24,277 bases of DNA from Zetaproteobacteria bacterium (lineage in GTDB: Bacteria; Pseudomonadota; Zetaproteobacteria; Mariprofundales; Mariprofundaceae), in NCBI GenBank assembly GCA_021545595.1, contig JAJRVG010000054.1, positions 1 to 24,277 on the forward strand, given 5' to 3'. This document shows, in pieces, positions 1 to 8,728 of the stretch. The stretch's first letter is position 1. Each line of letters opens with the position of its first letter. The notes under the pieces were generated by a model. That model ran no database searches, was not told the DNA's origin, and saw only the letters and a list, made by a program, of their open reading frames with translations. The translations under genes and the position numbers were made by a program.

Positions 1-1
1 A

Positions 2-598
2 CTGTTTTTGAAAACTCATAATACGTTCGACATAGCGGCCAAGCATATCGCTCTCAAAATTAACGCTGCTTCCCACACTCAGTTCACCAAGATTGGTGTG
101 TGAAAGGGTATGGGGAATAAGGTTGACGGTAAAGGAGCAGTTCTCCACCTCATTCACTGTCAGGCTGGTGCCATTGATGGCAACAGAACCCTTTTTGACT
201 ACATATTTTGCCAGAGAGGAGGGGACGGTGAAGCGAAACAGCCTGTGTTCACCAGCTTCAGCAATCTCTTCCACGGTGGCGATGCCATCGATATGGCCGG
301 TTACGATATGGCCACCCAGCGGATCACCCACACAGAGTGCCGGCTCCAGATTGACCCTTTCACCCACTGTTACATCGGAGTGGCGGGTCAGGTTGAGTGT
401 CTCCCGGGAGAGGGTGGCAGAAAACTGCCCGGCTTCAGGGAATCCGGTAATGGTCAGGCAACACCCATCAACAGCGATAGAGTCGCCTGCAGCCCATCTG
501 GAGCTTTCCAGTGATGTGGAGAAGTGCATATGTGTCTGCTCAGGCTCCTGGTCTATTCTAACGACCTGCCCGATGTCCATGATAATGCCGGTAAACAT
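2..598 (-). CDS. ribE: Riboflavin synthase alpha chain, 3'-partial (no stop in window; absent from the ORF track)
   Basis: Manual translation from ATG at 598: MFTGIIMDIGQV...GDSIAVDGCCLT...VNLEPAL..GDPLGGHIVTGHIDG...KGSVAINGTSLTVN...NFESDMLGRYVERIM. This shows the MFTG N-terminus and two lumazine-binding repeats. The gene is called ribC in E. coli nomenclature. Confidence 0.96.
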   Translation of the reverse strand, partial: MFTGIIMDIGQVVRIDQEPEQTHMHFSTSLESSRWAAGDSIAVDGCCLTITGFPEAGQFSATLSRETLNLTRHSDVTVGERVNLEPALCVGDPLGGHIVTGHIDGIATVEEIAEAGEHRLFRFTVPSSLAKYVVKKGSVAINGTSLTVNEVENCSFTVNLIPHTLSHTNLGELSVGSSVNFESDMLGRYVERIMSFQKQ

Positions 599-664
599 GG
601 TGCGAATGGTAGCTGCAAACATGATCTAATTCACTGAAAGCTTTATCCGGTCTATCCTCTGCCG

Positions 665-1081
665 ATGTTTAAACTTCACCCAGGGCTGGAAGCTGATTGC
701 ATCACCGTCGGCTCCTTTCCACTCTGCCGCCTGCTGCTGATGAATGACGCCAGCTACCCCTGGTTTATTCTGGTACCCCAAAGAGCAGGTATTCGTGAGA
801 TTTTTGAGCTTCCAGAAGATGACCAGCGTCAACTGCTGTGGGAGTCCTCTACTCTTTCACGTATCATCAGCGACCATTTCAAGGCCGATAAAATCAACGT
901 GGCAGCGCTTGGAAACATGGTGCCCCAGCTCCATATTCACCATATTGTCCGGTATGAGAGTGATCCGGCATGGCCGGCGCCCGTCTGGGGTCATGCACCT
1001 GCAACCCCCTATCCGGAAGAAGAGTTGAGTGAACTGGTTGCAACAGTGGCGGGGCTGATGCCGGACGATTTCCACGTTTAA
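665..1081 (+). CDS. HIT (histidine triad) family hydrolase
   Basis: Contains KINVAALGNMVPQLHIHHIVR (HxHxH triad) and the conserved YPWFILVP segment; 138 aa. Confidence 0.9.
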   Translation: MFKLHPGLEADCITVGSFPLCRLLLMNDASYPWFILVPQRAGIREIFELPEDDQRQLLWESSTLSRIISDHFKADKINVAALGNMVPQLHIHHIVRYESDPAWPAPVWGHAPATPYPEEELSELVATVAGLMPDDFHV

Positions 1082-1184
1082 GTGAACGGCTGGTAAGCAG
1101 AGCTGCATCAACATATCTTGAAGAAACTGGAGGGAAGCAGCATTATGCGCCTCCAAAATTCAGCCGGAAAAAGGATAGGTAATC

Positions 1185-2267
1185 ATGGCAAGAAAGTTTA
1201 ATTTCAGTGCAGGCCCGGCAATGTTGCCGACAGCCGTGATGGAACGTGCGCAGCAGGAGATGCTGGAGTGGAATGGCTCCGGGATGTCCGTCATGGAGAT
1301 GAGCCATCGCGGCAAAGAGTACATGTCCATTGCGACGAAAGCAGAGCAGAACCTGCGTGAGGTGATGAGTATCCCGGATAACTACAAGGTGCTCTTTCTT
1401 CAGGGTGGTGCCTCTTCCCAGTTTGCCATGATCCCGCTGAATCTGCTGGGGGACAAGGATAGTGCGGACTACCTGAACACAGGCATGTGGTCGAAGAAGG
1501 CAATTGCCGAGGCCAAGCGCTACTGCACGGTGAATATCGCTGCAGACACCTCAGGTGATAGTTTTACGACTGTGCCGACTCAGGAGTCACTGAAGCTGAA
1601 TCCCGATGCAGCCTATGTTCACTACACACCGAACGAGACCATCGGTGGCGTTGAGTTTGATTATATTCCGGAAACCGGTGGCGTGCCTCTCATCGCGGAT
1701 ATGTCTTCCACCATTCTTTCACGTCCGATTGATGTCTCCAGATTCGGCATGATCTATGCCGGTGCACAGAAGAATATCGGCCCTGCCGGGCTGACTATTG
1801 TGATTATCCGTGATGATCTGCTGGGTAATGCGTCGGAGCAGACTCCGGCCATGTTCAACTACGCTATCCATGCGGAAAACGGTTCCATGTACAACACACC
1901 GGCGACCTACAGCTGGTATATGGCTGGGCTGGTCTTTGAGTGGATCAAGGAGCAGGGCGGGCTTGACGCGATGGCCGCGGTCAACAAGCGCAAGGCCGAT
2001 AAACTCTATGCCGTGATTGATGGCAGCAATTTTTACGGTAGTCCGGTGGCAGTCAATGGCCGCTCCTGGATGAACGTGCCATTCACGCTTGCAGATTCTG
2101 AACTCGATGGTGCTTTCCTCGCAGGTGCTGTAGAGCGCGGGCTGATAACCCTGAAGGGCCATCGCTCCGTTGGCGGCATGCGCGCCAGCATCTACAATGC
2201 CATGCCGGAAGAGGGTGTGGATGCGCTGGTTGCATATATGCAGGAGTTTGAGAGTAACCAAGGCTAA
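1185..2267 (+). CDS. serC: Phosphoserine aminotransferase
   Basis: FNFSAGPAMLP, FLQGGASSQF, GAQKNIGPAG (PLP lysine) and GHRSVGGMRASIYNA motifs; 360 aa. Confidence 0.98.
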   Translation: MARKFNFSAGPAMLPTAVMERAQQEMLEWNGSGMSVMEMSHRGKEYMSIATKAEQNLREVMSIPDNYKVLFLQGGASSQFAMIPLNLLGDKDSADYLNTGMWSKKAIAEAKRYCTVNIAADTSGDSFTTVPTQESLKLNPDAAYVHYTPNETIGGVEFDYIPETGGVPLIADMSSTILSRPIDVSRFGMIYAGAQKNIGPAGLTIVIIRDDLLGNASEQTPAMFNYAIHAENGSMYNTPATYSWYMAGLVFEWIKEQGGLDAMAAVNKRKADKLYAVIDGSNFYGSPVAVNGRSWMNVPFTLADSELDGAFLAGAVERGLITLKGHRSVGGMRASIYNAMPEEGVDALVAYMQEFESNQG

Positions 2268-2289
2268 CAACTAAGCTACTCGATATATC

Positions 2290-2319
2290 AAAGCCCTCTG
2301 CGCAAGCAGGGGGCTTTTT
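2290..2319 (+). terminator. Intrinsic terminator after serC
   Basis: AAAGCCCTCTGC-GCAA-GCAGGGGGCTTT stem-loop (one G-U pair) followed by a T run. Confidence 0.85.
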
Positions 2320-2396
2320 ACTTTTTGTTCGTTGAGGAATCTCAGTAGTTGGTCTATCCTCAAAGAGACAATTAGTCTGGAGGGAAGTTAAGCAAT

Positions 2397-3140
2397 GTGC
2401 CCCAGAATTCAGAAAGTGATGGTGCCTTTGTGAGCACGTCTTCTTTGGAAAAGTTGAGGGACGTCGTTAGCAAAGGTATTGCTATTGATATTTATTTTGC
2501 TGAAGAGGCATTGTTTCTTGATGAATTTATTGGTGCGAATGCCACGAGTATAAACGATGCTTCATTCGGTCAGTTCTTTGGGAGTCACCAAAACCTTCTT
2601 GGTAGAGAACTTATTCTTGCTACAAATAGAGTATTTGAACATGGGAATGGTCGATATTCACTTAGAAGCATACCGGGCGCTCTCAAGATTTTAGAAGGTA
2701 ATACTGGCTCGATTGAAATTCAGAATCGAACTGCCTTGATTGATTACCTAGTCGGCAAAGAGATAGGCACATTTGAAGAGCTTGATTGTCATTCTGATGC
2801 ACAGCTAACAGAACAATTTGTTGAACACTTTCGATCTAGATTACCAAATGTTGATGATGCTCATGAGCTTTCTCCTGCTATTGGTAAGCTCAAAACAGTT
2901 AGGGATAAGCGGTTAGCTCATCATGAATCTGTTGAATCTGATGTCTCTGCTGCAACATATGCCGAAATCCAGCAGTTGCTTGAAATTGCAAAGGAGTTTC
3001 TCTCAATAATGGGAAGTGCATATTTGTCGACGGCGTATCAATTTGATGATGGGGACTTTCCGCTAACTTCTGATGCTAGGAGATCAACAACTTGTTTGTA
3101 TCGTCTTCTTCAGCAGGCAGGGATAGAAGTAGACAGATAA
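2397..3140 (+). CDS. Hypothetical protein with HEPN-type motif (AbiU2-like HEPN suspected)
   Basis: 247 aa, AT-rich, predicted helical, with LKTVRDKRLAHHE (R169-X5-H175). The family assignment comes from motif recall, not a search. The GTG start is uncertain. Confidence 0.6.
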   Translation: MPQNSESDGAFVSTSSLEKLRDVVSKGIAIDIYFAEEALFLDEFIGANATSINDASFGQFFGSHQNLLGRELILATNRVFEHGNGRYSLRSIPGALKILEGNTGSIEIQNRTALIDYLVGKEIGTFEELDCHSDAQLTEQFVEHFRSRLPNVDDAHELSPAIGKLKTVRDKRLAHHESVESDVSAATYAEIQQLLEIAKEFLSIMGSAYLSTAYQFDDGDFPLTSDARRSTTCLYRLLQQAGIEVDR

Positions 3141-3266
3141 TTTAAATTAGAGAATAAAAATGGCAGTATACTAATTAATTTGTGGCCTATGGTTTTTCAT
3201 CTAAACACTTAAAAAAGTATACTGTCCTCTTGTTTTCTTTACTTAATGGCTAAATGGAGTGGATAG

Positions 3267-4028
3267 ATGACTATATCAGTTTATCGAATGCCAATATCTA
3301 AAGAAATATTAGACAGCATTCCTGAAAAAGAGCGAAGTTTGTTCATTGTTGTTGGGCATCTCTCAAATGAACTCAATATTTTCAGTAAGCTATTCTTTTG
3401 GGCGTCGAAATTCTCTGATGAAGAACCTGTTCGTCATAAAGCTAACATAACTCAATCTCTTGCTTTAGCTCGGATTTTGGCCGGAAAGTTATTTGAGGGA
3501 TGGAATACGATCGGCAAGGTTTATTTTTCAACCAAACTATCGAAAGAATATCACTCTCTCCTTAGCCAAGAAGCCAAGGACGCCTTGAAAGAATTAGGTA
3601 AATATTTTGGGAAGGAAAACATAGTAATGAAAATTCGAAATGAGTTTGCTTTCCATTATGACCATAAGCAAATTACAGATGGGTTCAATGCTTTAAAGGT
3701 AGAAGAAGACTGGGAAATTTACTTGACGGAAGCCAATGGAAATAGTCTCTATTATGTTGCTGAACTTGCAGCAAACTATGCGTTGTTAAACAGCATTGAT
3801 TCTAGTGATCTAAAAACAGCAATAGAAACTTTAGTTGATGAACTAATTCAGATTGGTAAGTTGTTCACCACATTCCTTGGGGGCTGTCTAGTAGTCATAA
3901 GTCATCGCTATTTTCTCAACAAAGATGGAAAATTGGCCTATGAAGAGGAATGCCAATTGACCGACGCACCTTCAATTTATGACATAAGTATCCCATATTT
4001 TGTGGAAACATTGGCACCAAAACCATAA
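3267..4028 (+). CDS. Hypothetical protein with HEPN-type motif
   Basis: 253 aa, AT-rich, GGAG RBS upstream, with KIRNEFAFHYD (R124-X5-H130) in a helical context. Confidence 0.55.
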   Translation: MTISVYRMPISKEILDSIPEKERSLFIVVGHLSNELNIFSKLFFWASKFSDEEPVRHKANITQSLALARILAGKLFEGWNTIGKVYFSTKLSKEYHSLLSQEAKDALKELGKYFGKENIVMKIRNEFAFHYDHKQITDGFNALKVEEDWEIYLTEANGNSLYYVAELAANYALLNSIDSSDLKTAIETLVDELIQIGKLFTTFLGGCLVVISHRYFLNKDGKLAYEEECQLTDAPSIYDISIPYFVETLAPKP

Positions 4029-4084
4029 AGTAGTTCTGTGGCTTTGGGTCAAAGGGAAATCGGGGACAGTTTACCTGTTTCGGG

Positions 4085-4717
4085 TTATTCGCTCTGCCAG
4101 TTCTGGATTCGATCAGCGTAGAAAGACTCCTCTTTCAGTTTGCCTGCATCAGGGATGAAGACGGCCATCTGTGATGTTTGAAGGTGTTCATCCCAGCCAG
4201 CCAGAAACTGGTGGTAGAGTTCATCCATCATATGTTTATTTTCAGCAGCTTTAGGGCCGATGTACTCTTCGCTGGAGGCGATCTCACCACGTACGGCAAT
4301 ATCAAGGTTGCCGATGATTTTGGCGTTATTGCTATCGAGTGAAACAAACTGGCCTGCAATATTCAGATAGAGCAGCCATGGTGTGCCCGGTTTCAAAGAT
4401 CTCATCTCAGTCAGCATCTGCTCTTTGTCCGGCAGGGGAGCTGCACTCAGGCGGTGTAGCACGGCGTGTGAATAGATACCGCGCACAAGGAAATCAAACG
4501 TCCCGGTCTTCTCTTTGATGATCAGGCCGTGATCGCTGTCTTTTTTCAGCTTGCGACATGTCCAGCCTTCGGACTCCGAGGTTTCAAAGATGCGTGCATC
4601 CTCATCAGAAGCACTTTCAGCATAGGTGCACGGTCTCCAGCTCTTTTGATCCTGTTGCAGGCGCCACGCCTTGTCGCCTGTGGCTGAGAGCGCATCAATG
4701 GTGAAAAAAAATTTCAT
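4085..4717 (-). CDS. Hypothetical protein, translationally coupled to rnd
   Basis: 210-aa ORF with host-like composition and a GAGGAGG RBS. Its ATG overlaps the rnd stop (ATGA). No family recognised. Confidence 0.75.
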   Translation of the reverse strand: MKFFFTIDALSATGDKAWRLQQDQKSWRPCTYAESASDEDARIFETSESEGWTCRKLKKDSDHGLIIKEKTGTFDFLVRGIYSHAVLHRLSAAPLPDKEQMLTEMRSLKPGTPWLLYLNIAGQFVSLDSNNAKIIGNLDIAVRGEIASSEEYIGPKAAENKHMMDELYHQFLAGWDEHLQTSQMAVFIPDAGKLKEESFYADRIQNWQSE

Positions 4718-5898
4718 GACACCTCCTCAATCTCAGGCAGGGCACTCTCAGGATTAATGCGAAGCGATATCTCTCCATTGAGAAGGCGCAGGAGATCGTT
4801 GCCGACCAGTTCACGACGCCAGCCATGCAGCACTGAGAGTTCAGGAGGCTCATCTTTGCGCTGCTTGCCCCATGAAGCCAGTGCTCCCAACTCCCGCTGG
4901 TTGACCAGAATGTTCGATGCAATGGACTCCTCTTCGGCTTTAAGGCGAACAAGCGTGTCCAGAAGCTCCTGCCGCAGATCTGTGCCGGAGGTGTGGAAGC
5001 TGCGGGGATGCAGCTTGGGCCAATCTTCCTCAGGGCAGTTCACACCCTTTTTCCATGCTGCAATAATTTCATTGCCAAAGCGTTTGATCAGACCGTCCGA
5101 GAGGCCGCGCATGCGATTCATGGTGTTGATGTCCACACTGTCCTTTTTGGCCAGGTCAATAAGAGGGTCATCAGCGATAATCCGCCTGCGGGGGATATTT
5201 TTGTGCTCTGCATGGTGTTCACGCCATGCAGCCAGCTCTCTTAAAATGGCCAGTTGGCGGGGCCTGAGCCTGTTCACCCCTTTGACACGCCAGTAGACCT
5301 CCTGCTTGTCGATCAGGTAGGTCTTCTCACTGCTCAGGGTCTCCTGCTCTTCAAGCAGCCACTCCCTGCGCCCTCTGGCCTGAAGCTGCTCTTCCAATGC
5401 CTGATAAATCGGCATCAGATATATGACATCATCGGCGGCATAGGTGAGTTGTTTGGGCGTTAACGGCCGGGATAGCCAATCGCTGAATGATTCACCTTTT
5501 GGCAGCGCTTTTTTAAGAATACGCTGAACCAGGTTGCCGAAGCCGATCTGCTGCCCGTAGCCGAGAAGGGCAGCAGCCACCTGTGTGTCAAACAGTGGAG
5601 AGGGGAGCCCGCCGGACTCAAGCATGATAATTTCAAGGTCCTGTCTGGCGGCATGAAACACCTTCAGGATATCTTTGTTGTGCATCAACTCCCAGACTGG
5701 AGAGAGATCGTCAATCACTGTCGGGTCGATCACGTAACACTGCTCCCGGCTGGCAATCTGAAGCAGGGCGAAATGGGCATAGTAGGTTTTTTCCCGGTGA
5801 AACTCGGTATCCACACAGAGAACCGATGCTTTTTCCAGTTCGCTGCACGCCTGCTTAAGGGCGTCGGGAGTGTCGATATAGGTATAGTTTTCTAGCAT
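4714..5898 (-). CDS. rnd: Ribonuclease D
   Basis: DEDD exonuclease motifs VDTEFHRE, KVFHAARQDLE, LFDTQVAA, SDWLSRPL...YAADDV, followed by an HRDC-like region (LAAWRE..A...NIPRRRIIAD). Confidence 0.95.
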   Translation of the reverse strand: MLENYTYIDTPDALKQACSELEKASVLCVDTEFHREKTYYAHFALLQIASREQCYVIDPTVIDDLSPVWELMHNKDILKVFHAARQDLEIIMLESGGLPSPLFDTQVAAALLGYGQQIGFGNLVQRILKKALPKGESFSDWLSRPLTPKQLTYAADDVIYLMPIYQALEEQLQARGRREWLLEEQETLSSEKTYLIDKQEVYWRVKGVNRLRPRQLAILRELAAWREHHAEHKNIPRRRIIADDPLIDLAKKDSVDINTMNRMRGLSDGLIKRFGNEIIAAWKKGVNCPEEDWPKLHPRSFHTSGTDLRQELLDTLVRLKAEEESIASNILVNQRELGALASWGKQRKDEPPELSVLHGWRRELVGNDLLRLLNGEISLRINPESALPEIEEVS

Positions 5899-6027
5899 GG
5901 GCAGAAGCTAACATCGGCAGTGATGAATGACAGCAGGGGTTGATGTTTTCTGTCATAATTTGACCTGCCGGATGGTCACTATAGTGTGCCTGCAGATCGT
6001 TTTCCGAAGGCTTAAGGAGTTTCTGTT

Positions 6028-7617
6028 GTGACCAAGGTCTGGATTGCAGATAAAATGTCCGAGCGGGCAGTTGAAGTGTTCAAAGCCCGTGGCATTGAAG
6101 TGGATTACAAACCGGGTCTGCCGGTTGAGGAGCAGATCGCCATTGCCGGTGATTATGACGGTATTGCCCTGCGCTCCTCATCAACACTGAAAGGTGATCT
6201 TCTGGATGCAGCAAGCAGGGTAAAAGTGATCGGCAGGGCAGGGATTGGCGTTGATAATATCGATGTTCCACTCTGTTCCCGTCGTGGTGTTGTGGTGATG
6301 AACACCCCCTTTGGCAATACCATTACGACAGCCGAACTTGCGATCTCTCATCTTTTAGCAGCGGCCAGAAAAATTCCACAGGCATCAGCGTCAACCAAGG
6401 CCGGCAAGTGGGAGAAGAGCCGCTTCATGGGTATGGAGCTTACCGGTAAAAAGGCCGGTGTGATCGGAGCTGGAAATATCGGTGCCATTGTCTGTGACCG
6501 TCTTAAAGGCCTGCATATGAGTGTACTGGTCTATGATCCTTTTATCAGCGATGAGCGTGCGGACGCTATGGGTGTGACCAAGGTTGACACGGTTGCCGAA
6601 CTGGTTGAGCAGGTTGATGTGCTGACGATTCATGTACCACTTCTTGATGCAACCCGAAACCTGATTGATGCGGAGATGATTGGCCGCATGAAGTCGGGCT
6701 CCATTATCGTCAACTGTGCCCGCGGTGGCATTGTTGATGAAGATGCGCTCTATGATGCGCTCAAGTCCGGACATATCCGTGCGGCGGCTCTGGATGTCTA
6801 TGCCAGTGAGCCGGCTCGTGAAAACAGGCTGTTTGAACTGGAGAATTTAAGCTGTACGCCGCATATCGGTGCTTCAACTGATGAGGCCCAGGAGAATGTG
6901 GCTGTTCAGATTGCTGAACAGATGGCCGACTACCTTCTTACCGGAACGGTAAGCAATGCCGTGAATGTGCCTTCGGTCTCTGAAGAGGAGTACAAGCAGC
7001 TTCAGCCTTATATCCAACTGACTTCACGTCTTGGCAACCTGCTCGGACAGGTTATTGAACCGGGCTTCTCAAAGTTGAGTGTCACCTTTGAAGGCGGGGT
7101 CTCCGAGCTTAACCGTAAACCACTGATGAATGCGGCACTACAAGGCGTTCTCTCTTCAAGTATTGCCGACGTGAATGCTGTTAATGCAGGCATGCTGGCA
7201 ACAGAGCGGGGCATTGACGTATCCGAAGTTGCCAGAGAAAAATCGGATCATTTCAATGATCTTGTTCGACTGGAAGTTGTGGGTAAAGATGGTGTGCAGT
7301 GCGTGTCAGGGACGGTTTTTGATGGTGTGAAGCCACGCCTTGTCAGTATTGATGGTTGTGAGATCGAGATGGCTCCGGCCGGGCGTATGATCTTTATCCG
7401 TAATGAGGACAAGCCGGGTGTGATTGCTGCCATGGGTGCGGTATTGGCAAAAGCGAACATCAATATCGGTGACTTCAGACTGGGCAGGGCACAGGACAGT
7501 GCCTCTGCCGTGGCGTTGATCTCTGTGGATTCAGAGCCCGATGAGAGCGTTCTAAAAGAGATGGCGGCTCTACAGGGTCTGCGTACAGTCCGTTATGTTA
7601 ATCTGGAGCCTCTATGA
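6028..7617 (+). CDS. serA: D-3-phosphoglycerate dehydrogenase (long form with C-terminal regulatory/ACT domain)
   Basis: GRAGIGVDNID, GVIGAGNIG (NAD binding), IVNCARGGIVDE, TPHIGAST.EAQ and C-terminal NEDKPGVIA (ACT). GTG start with AAGGAG RBS. Confidence 0.97.
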   Translation: MTKVWIADKMSERAVEVFKARGIEVDYKPGLPVEEQIAIAGDYDGIALRSSSTLKGDLLDAASRVKVIGRAGIGVDNIDVPLCSRRGVVVMNTPFGNTITTAELAISHLLAAARKIPQASASTKAGKWEKSRFMGMELTGKKAGVIGAGNIGAIVCDRLKGLHMSVLVYDPFISDERADAMGVTKVDTVAELVEQVDVLTIHVPLLDATRNLIDAEMIGRMKSGSIIVNCARGGIVDEDALYDALKSGHIRAAALDVYASEPARENRLFELENLSCTPHIGASTDEAQENVAVQIAEQMADYLLTGTVSNAVNVPSVSEEEYKQLQPYIQLTSRLGNLLGQVIEPGFSKLSVTFEGGVSELNRKPLMNAALQGVLSSSIADVNAVNAGMLATERGIDVSEVAREKSDHFNDLVRLEVVGKDGVQCVSGTVFDGVKPRLVSIDGCEIEMAPAGRMIFIRNEDKPGVIAAMGAVLAKANINIGDFRLGRAQDSASAVALISVDSEPDESVLKEMAALQGLRTVRYVNLEPL

Positions 7618-8573
7618 GTTCTCTGAAGCCTGTGATTGGTCTTGAAGATGCCTTCGGTACGCGGGCACGTCAGTTGCGCCAGCTGCAGGGGAAGCTTTTT
7701 GATATCTATGCTCAAGCTGGCTATGAGGAGGTGATTCCCCCTCTGGTCGAACGTCCTGAGACCCTGAGCTCAGGGGCGGGCCGTTTCCTCTCGGATCAGA
7801 CACTGATTTTTTCTGACCCCGCCGATGCAGGCCTGCTGGCCATTCGCCCTGACATGACGCCTCAGGTAGCCCGTATTGCTGCAACCAGACTGCAGGATAG
7901 AAGTGAGTTGAAGCTCTGCTATTCCGGGCCGGTGATGCTGGCCAGACCCGATGTACGTACCGGGTCACGGCAGCAGTGGCAGACCGGAGTGGAGTGTCTG
8001 GGACTGGCCGGTGAAGAGGGTGATCTGGAGGTGATGCATCTTGCAGCTCTCTCCATGCATGCGGCAGGCTTTGATAAGCCTGTACTTCAGGTAGGGCATA
8101 TGGGCCTTATTCGGGCAGTGGTGGCTGACAGTTCAATACGTCTTGAAGCGTGGTGCGAGCTTCTCTCCCGCCGCTCACCGGAAGATCTCTCCCAACGCCT
8201 CTCATCGGAAGGACTGACAGAGCCGTGCAGAGAGGCACTGATGACCATGGTCTCCGGCCATGCGGATCGTGCGTGGCTGGAATCAAAGTGTGGTGAGCTG
8301 GGTGAATCATTTAATCGTGCTGCAACAGAACTGCTGCATCTGGTTGACAGCGTTTCGACACGTCTGAGTGGCGAGGTGGAGGTGAGTGTTGATGCTGCGG
8401 TGATGCCGCGTTTTCTCTATCACAGTGGCATGGTTTTTTCAGGTTTTGCTGCCGGTGCAGCCCAGGCCCTGCTTCATGGCGGGCGTTATGATGCCATGAT
8501 GGCTCTGCATGGCAGGGATATGCCTGCCACAGGATTTTCATTTGATCTCTGGAGCTGGCTGGATGCGGTTTGA
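7614..8573 (+). CDS. hisZ: ATP phosphoribosyltransferase regulatory subunit (HisRS paralogue)
   Basis: LAIRPDMTPQVARI, RQQWQTGVE and GGRYD...PATGFSFDL motifs. It lacks the HisRS anticodon domain and lies directly upstream of purA, a common synteny. Confidence 0.92.
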   Translation: MSSLKPVIGLEDAFGTRARQLRQLQGKLFDIYAQAGYEEVIPPLVERPETLSSGAGRFLSDQTLIFSDPADAGLLAIRPDMTPQVARIAATRLQDRSELKLCYSGPVMLARPDVRTGSRQQWQTGVECLGLAGEEGDLEVMHLAALSMHAAGFDKPVLQVGHMGLIRAVVADSSIRLEAWCELLSRRSPEDLSQRLSSEGLTEPCREALMTMVSGHADRAWLESKCGELGESFNRAATELLHLVDSVSTRLSGEVEVSVDAAVMPRFLYHSGMVFSGFAAGAAQALLHGGRYDAMMALHGRDMPATGFSFDLWSWLDAV

Positions 8574-8728
8574 TTTGATTGACCCGTCATAAACCGTCCA
8601 TGGTTTATGACTTGGTCGGCAGCTAAAAGCGTGGTTTTTGCTGCCTTGCAAATTTATCTTAGACGATAAATCTGGTCGCCCGTCCATGGGCTCCATGCGC
8701 AGGCATGGAAAGTTATGTGAGGATATAT

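Noticed and set aside
93-629. Plus-strand ORFs 93..629 and 110..514
   Set aside because: Antisense shadows of the riboflavin synthase gene on the minus strand.
3164-3224. LexA (SOS) box reading of the CAGTA/TACTG arms
   Set aside because: The arms are in reverse order and far too widely spaced for CTGT-N8-ACAG.
2268-4084. Integron gene-cassette origin for the HEPN insert (GTTAAGC at 2387-2393 matches GTTRRRY)
   Set aside because: No matching RYYYAAC...GTTRRRY attC hairpin after either gene and no integrase. A single 7-mer is expected by chance.
5950-5985. serA promoter candidate (TTGACC...TATAGT), Pho-like half site CTGTCATAA and TGACC-N8-GGTCA palindrome
   Set aside because: The 14-nt spacer is too short, the second Pho half site is missing, and a 5-bp palindrome is too weak to call.
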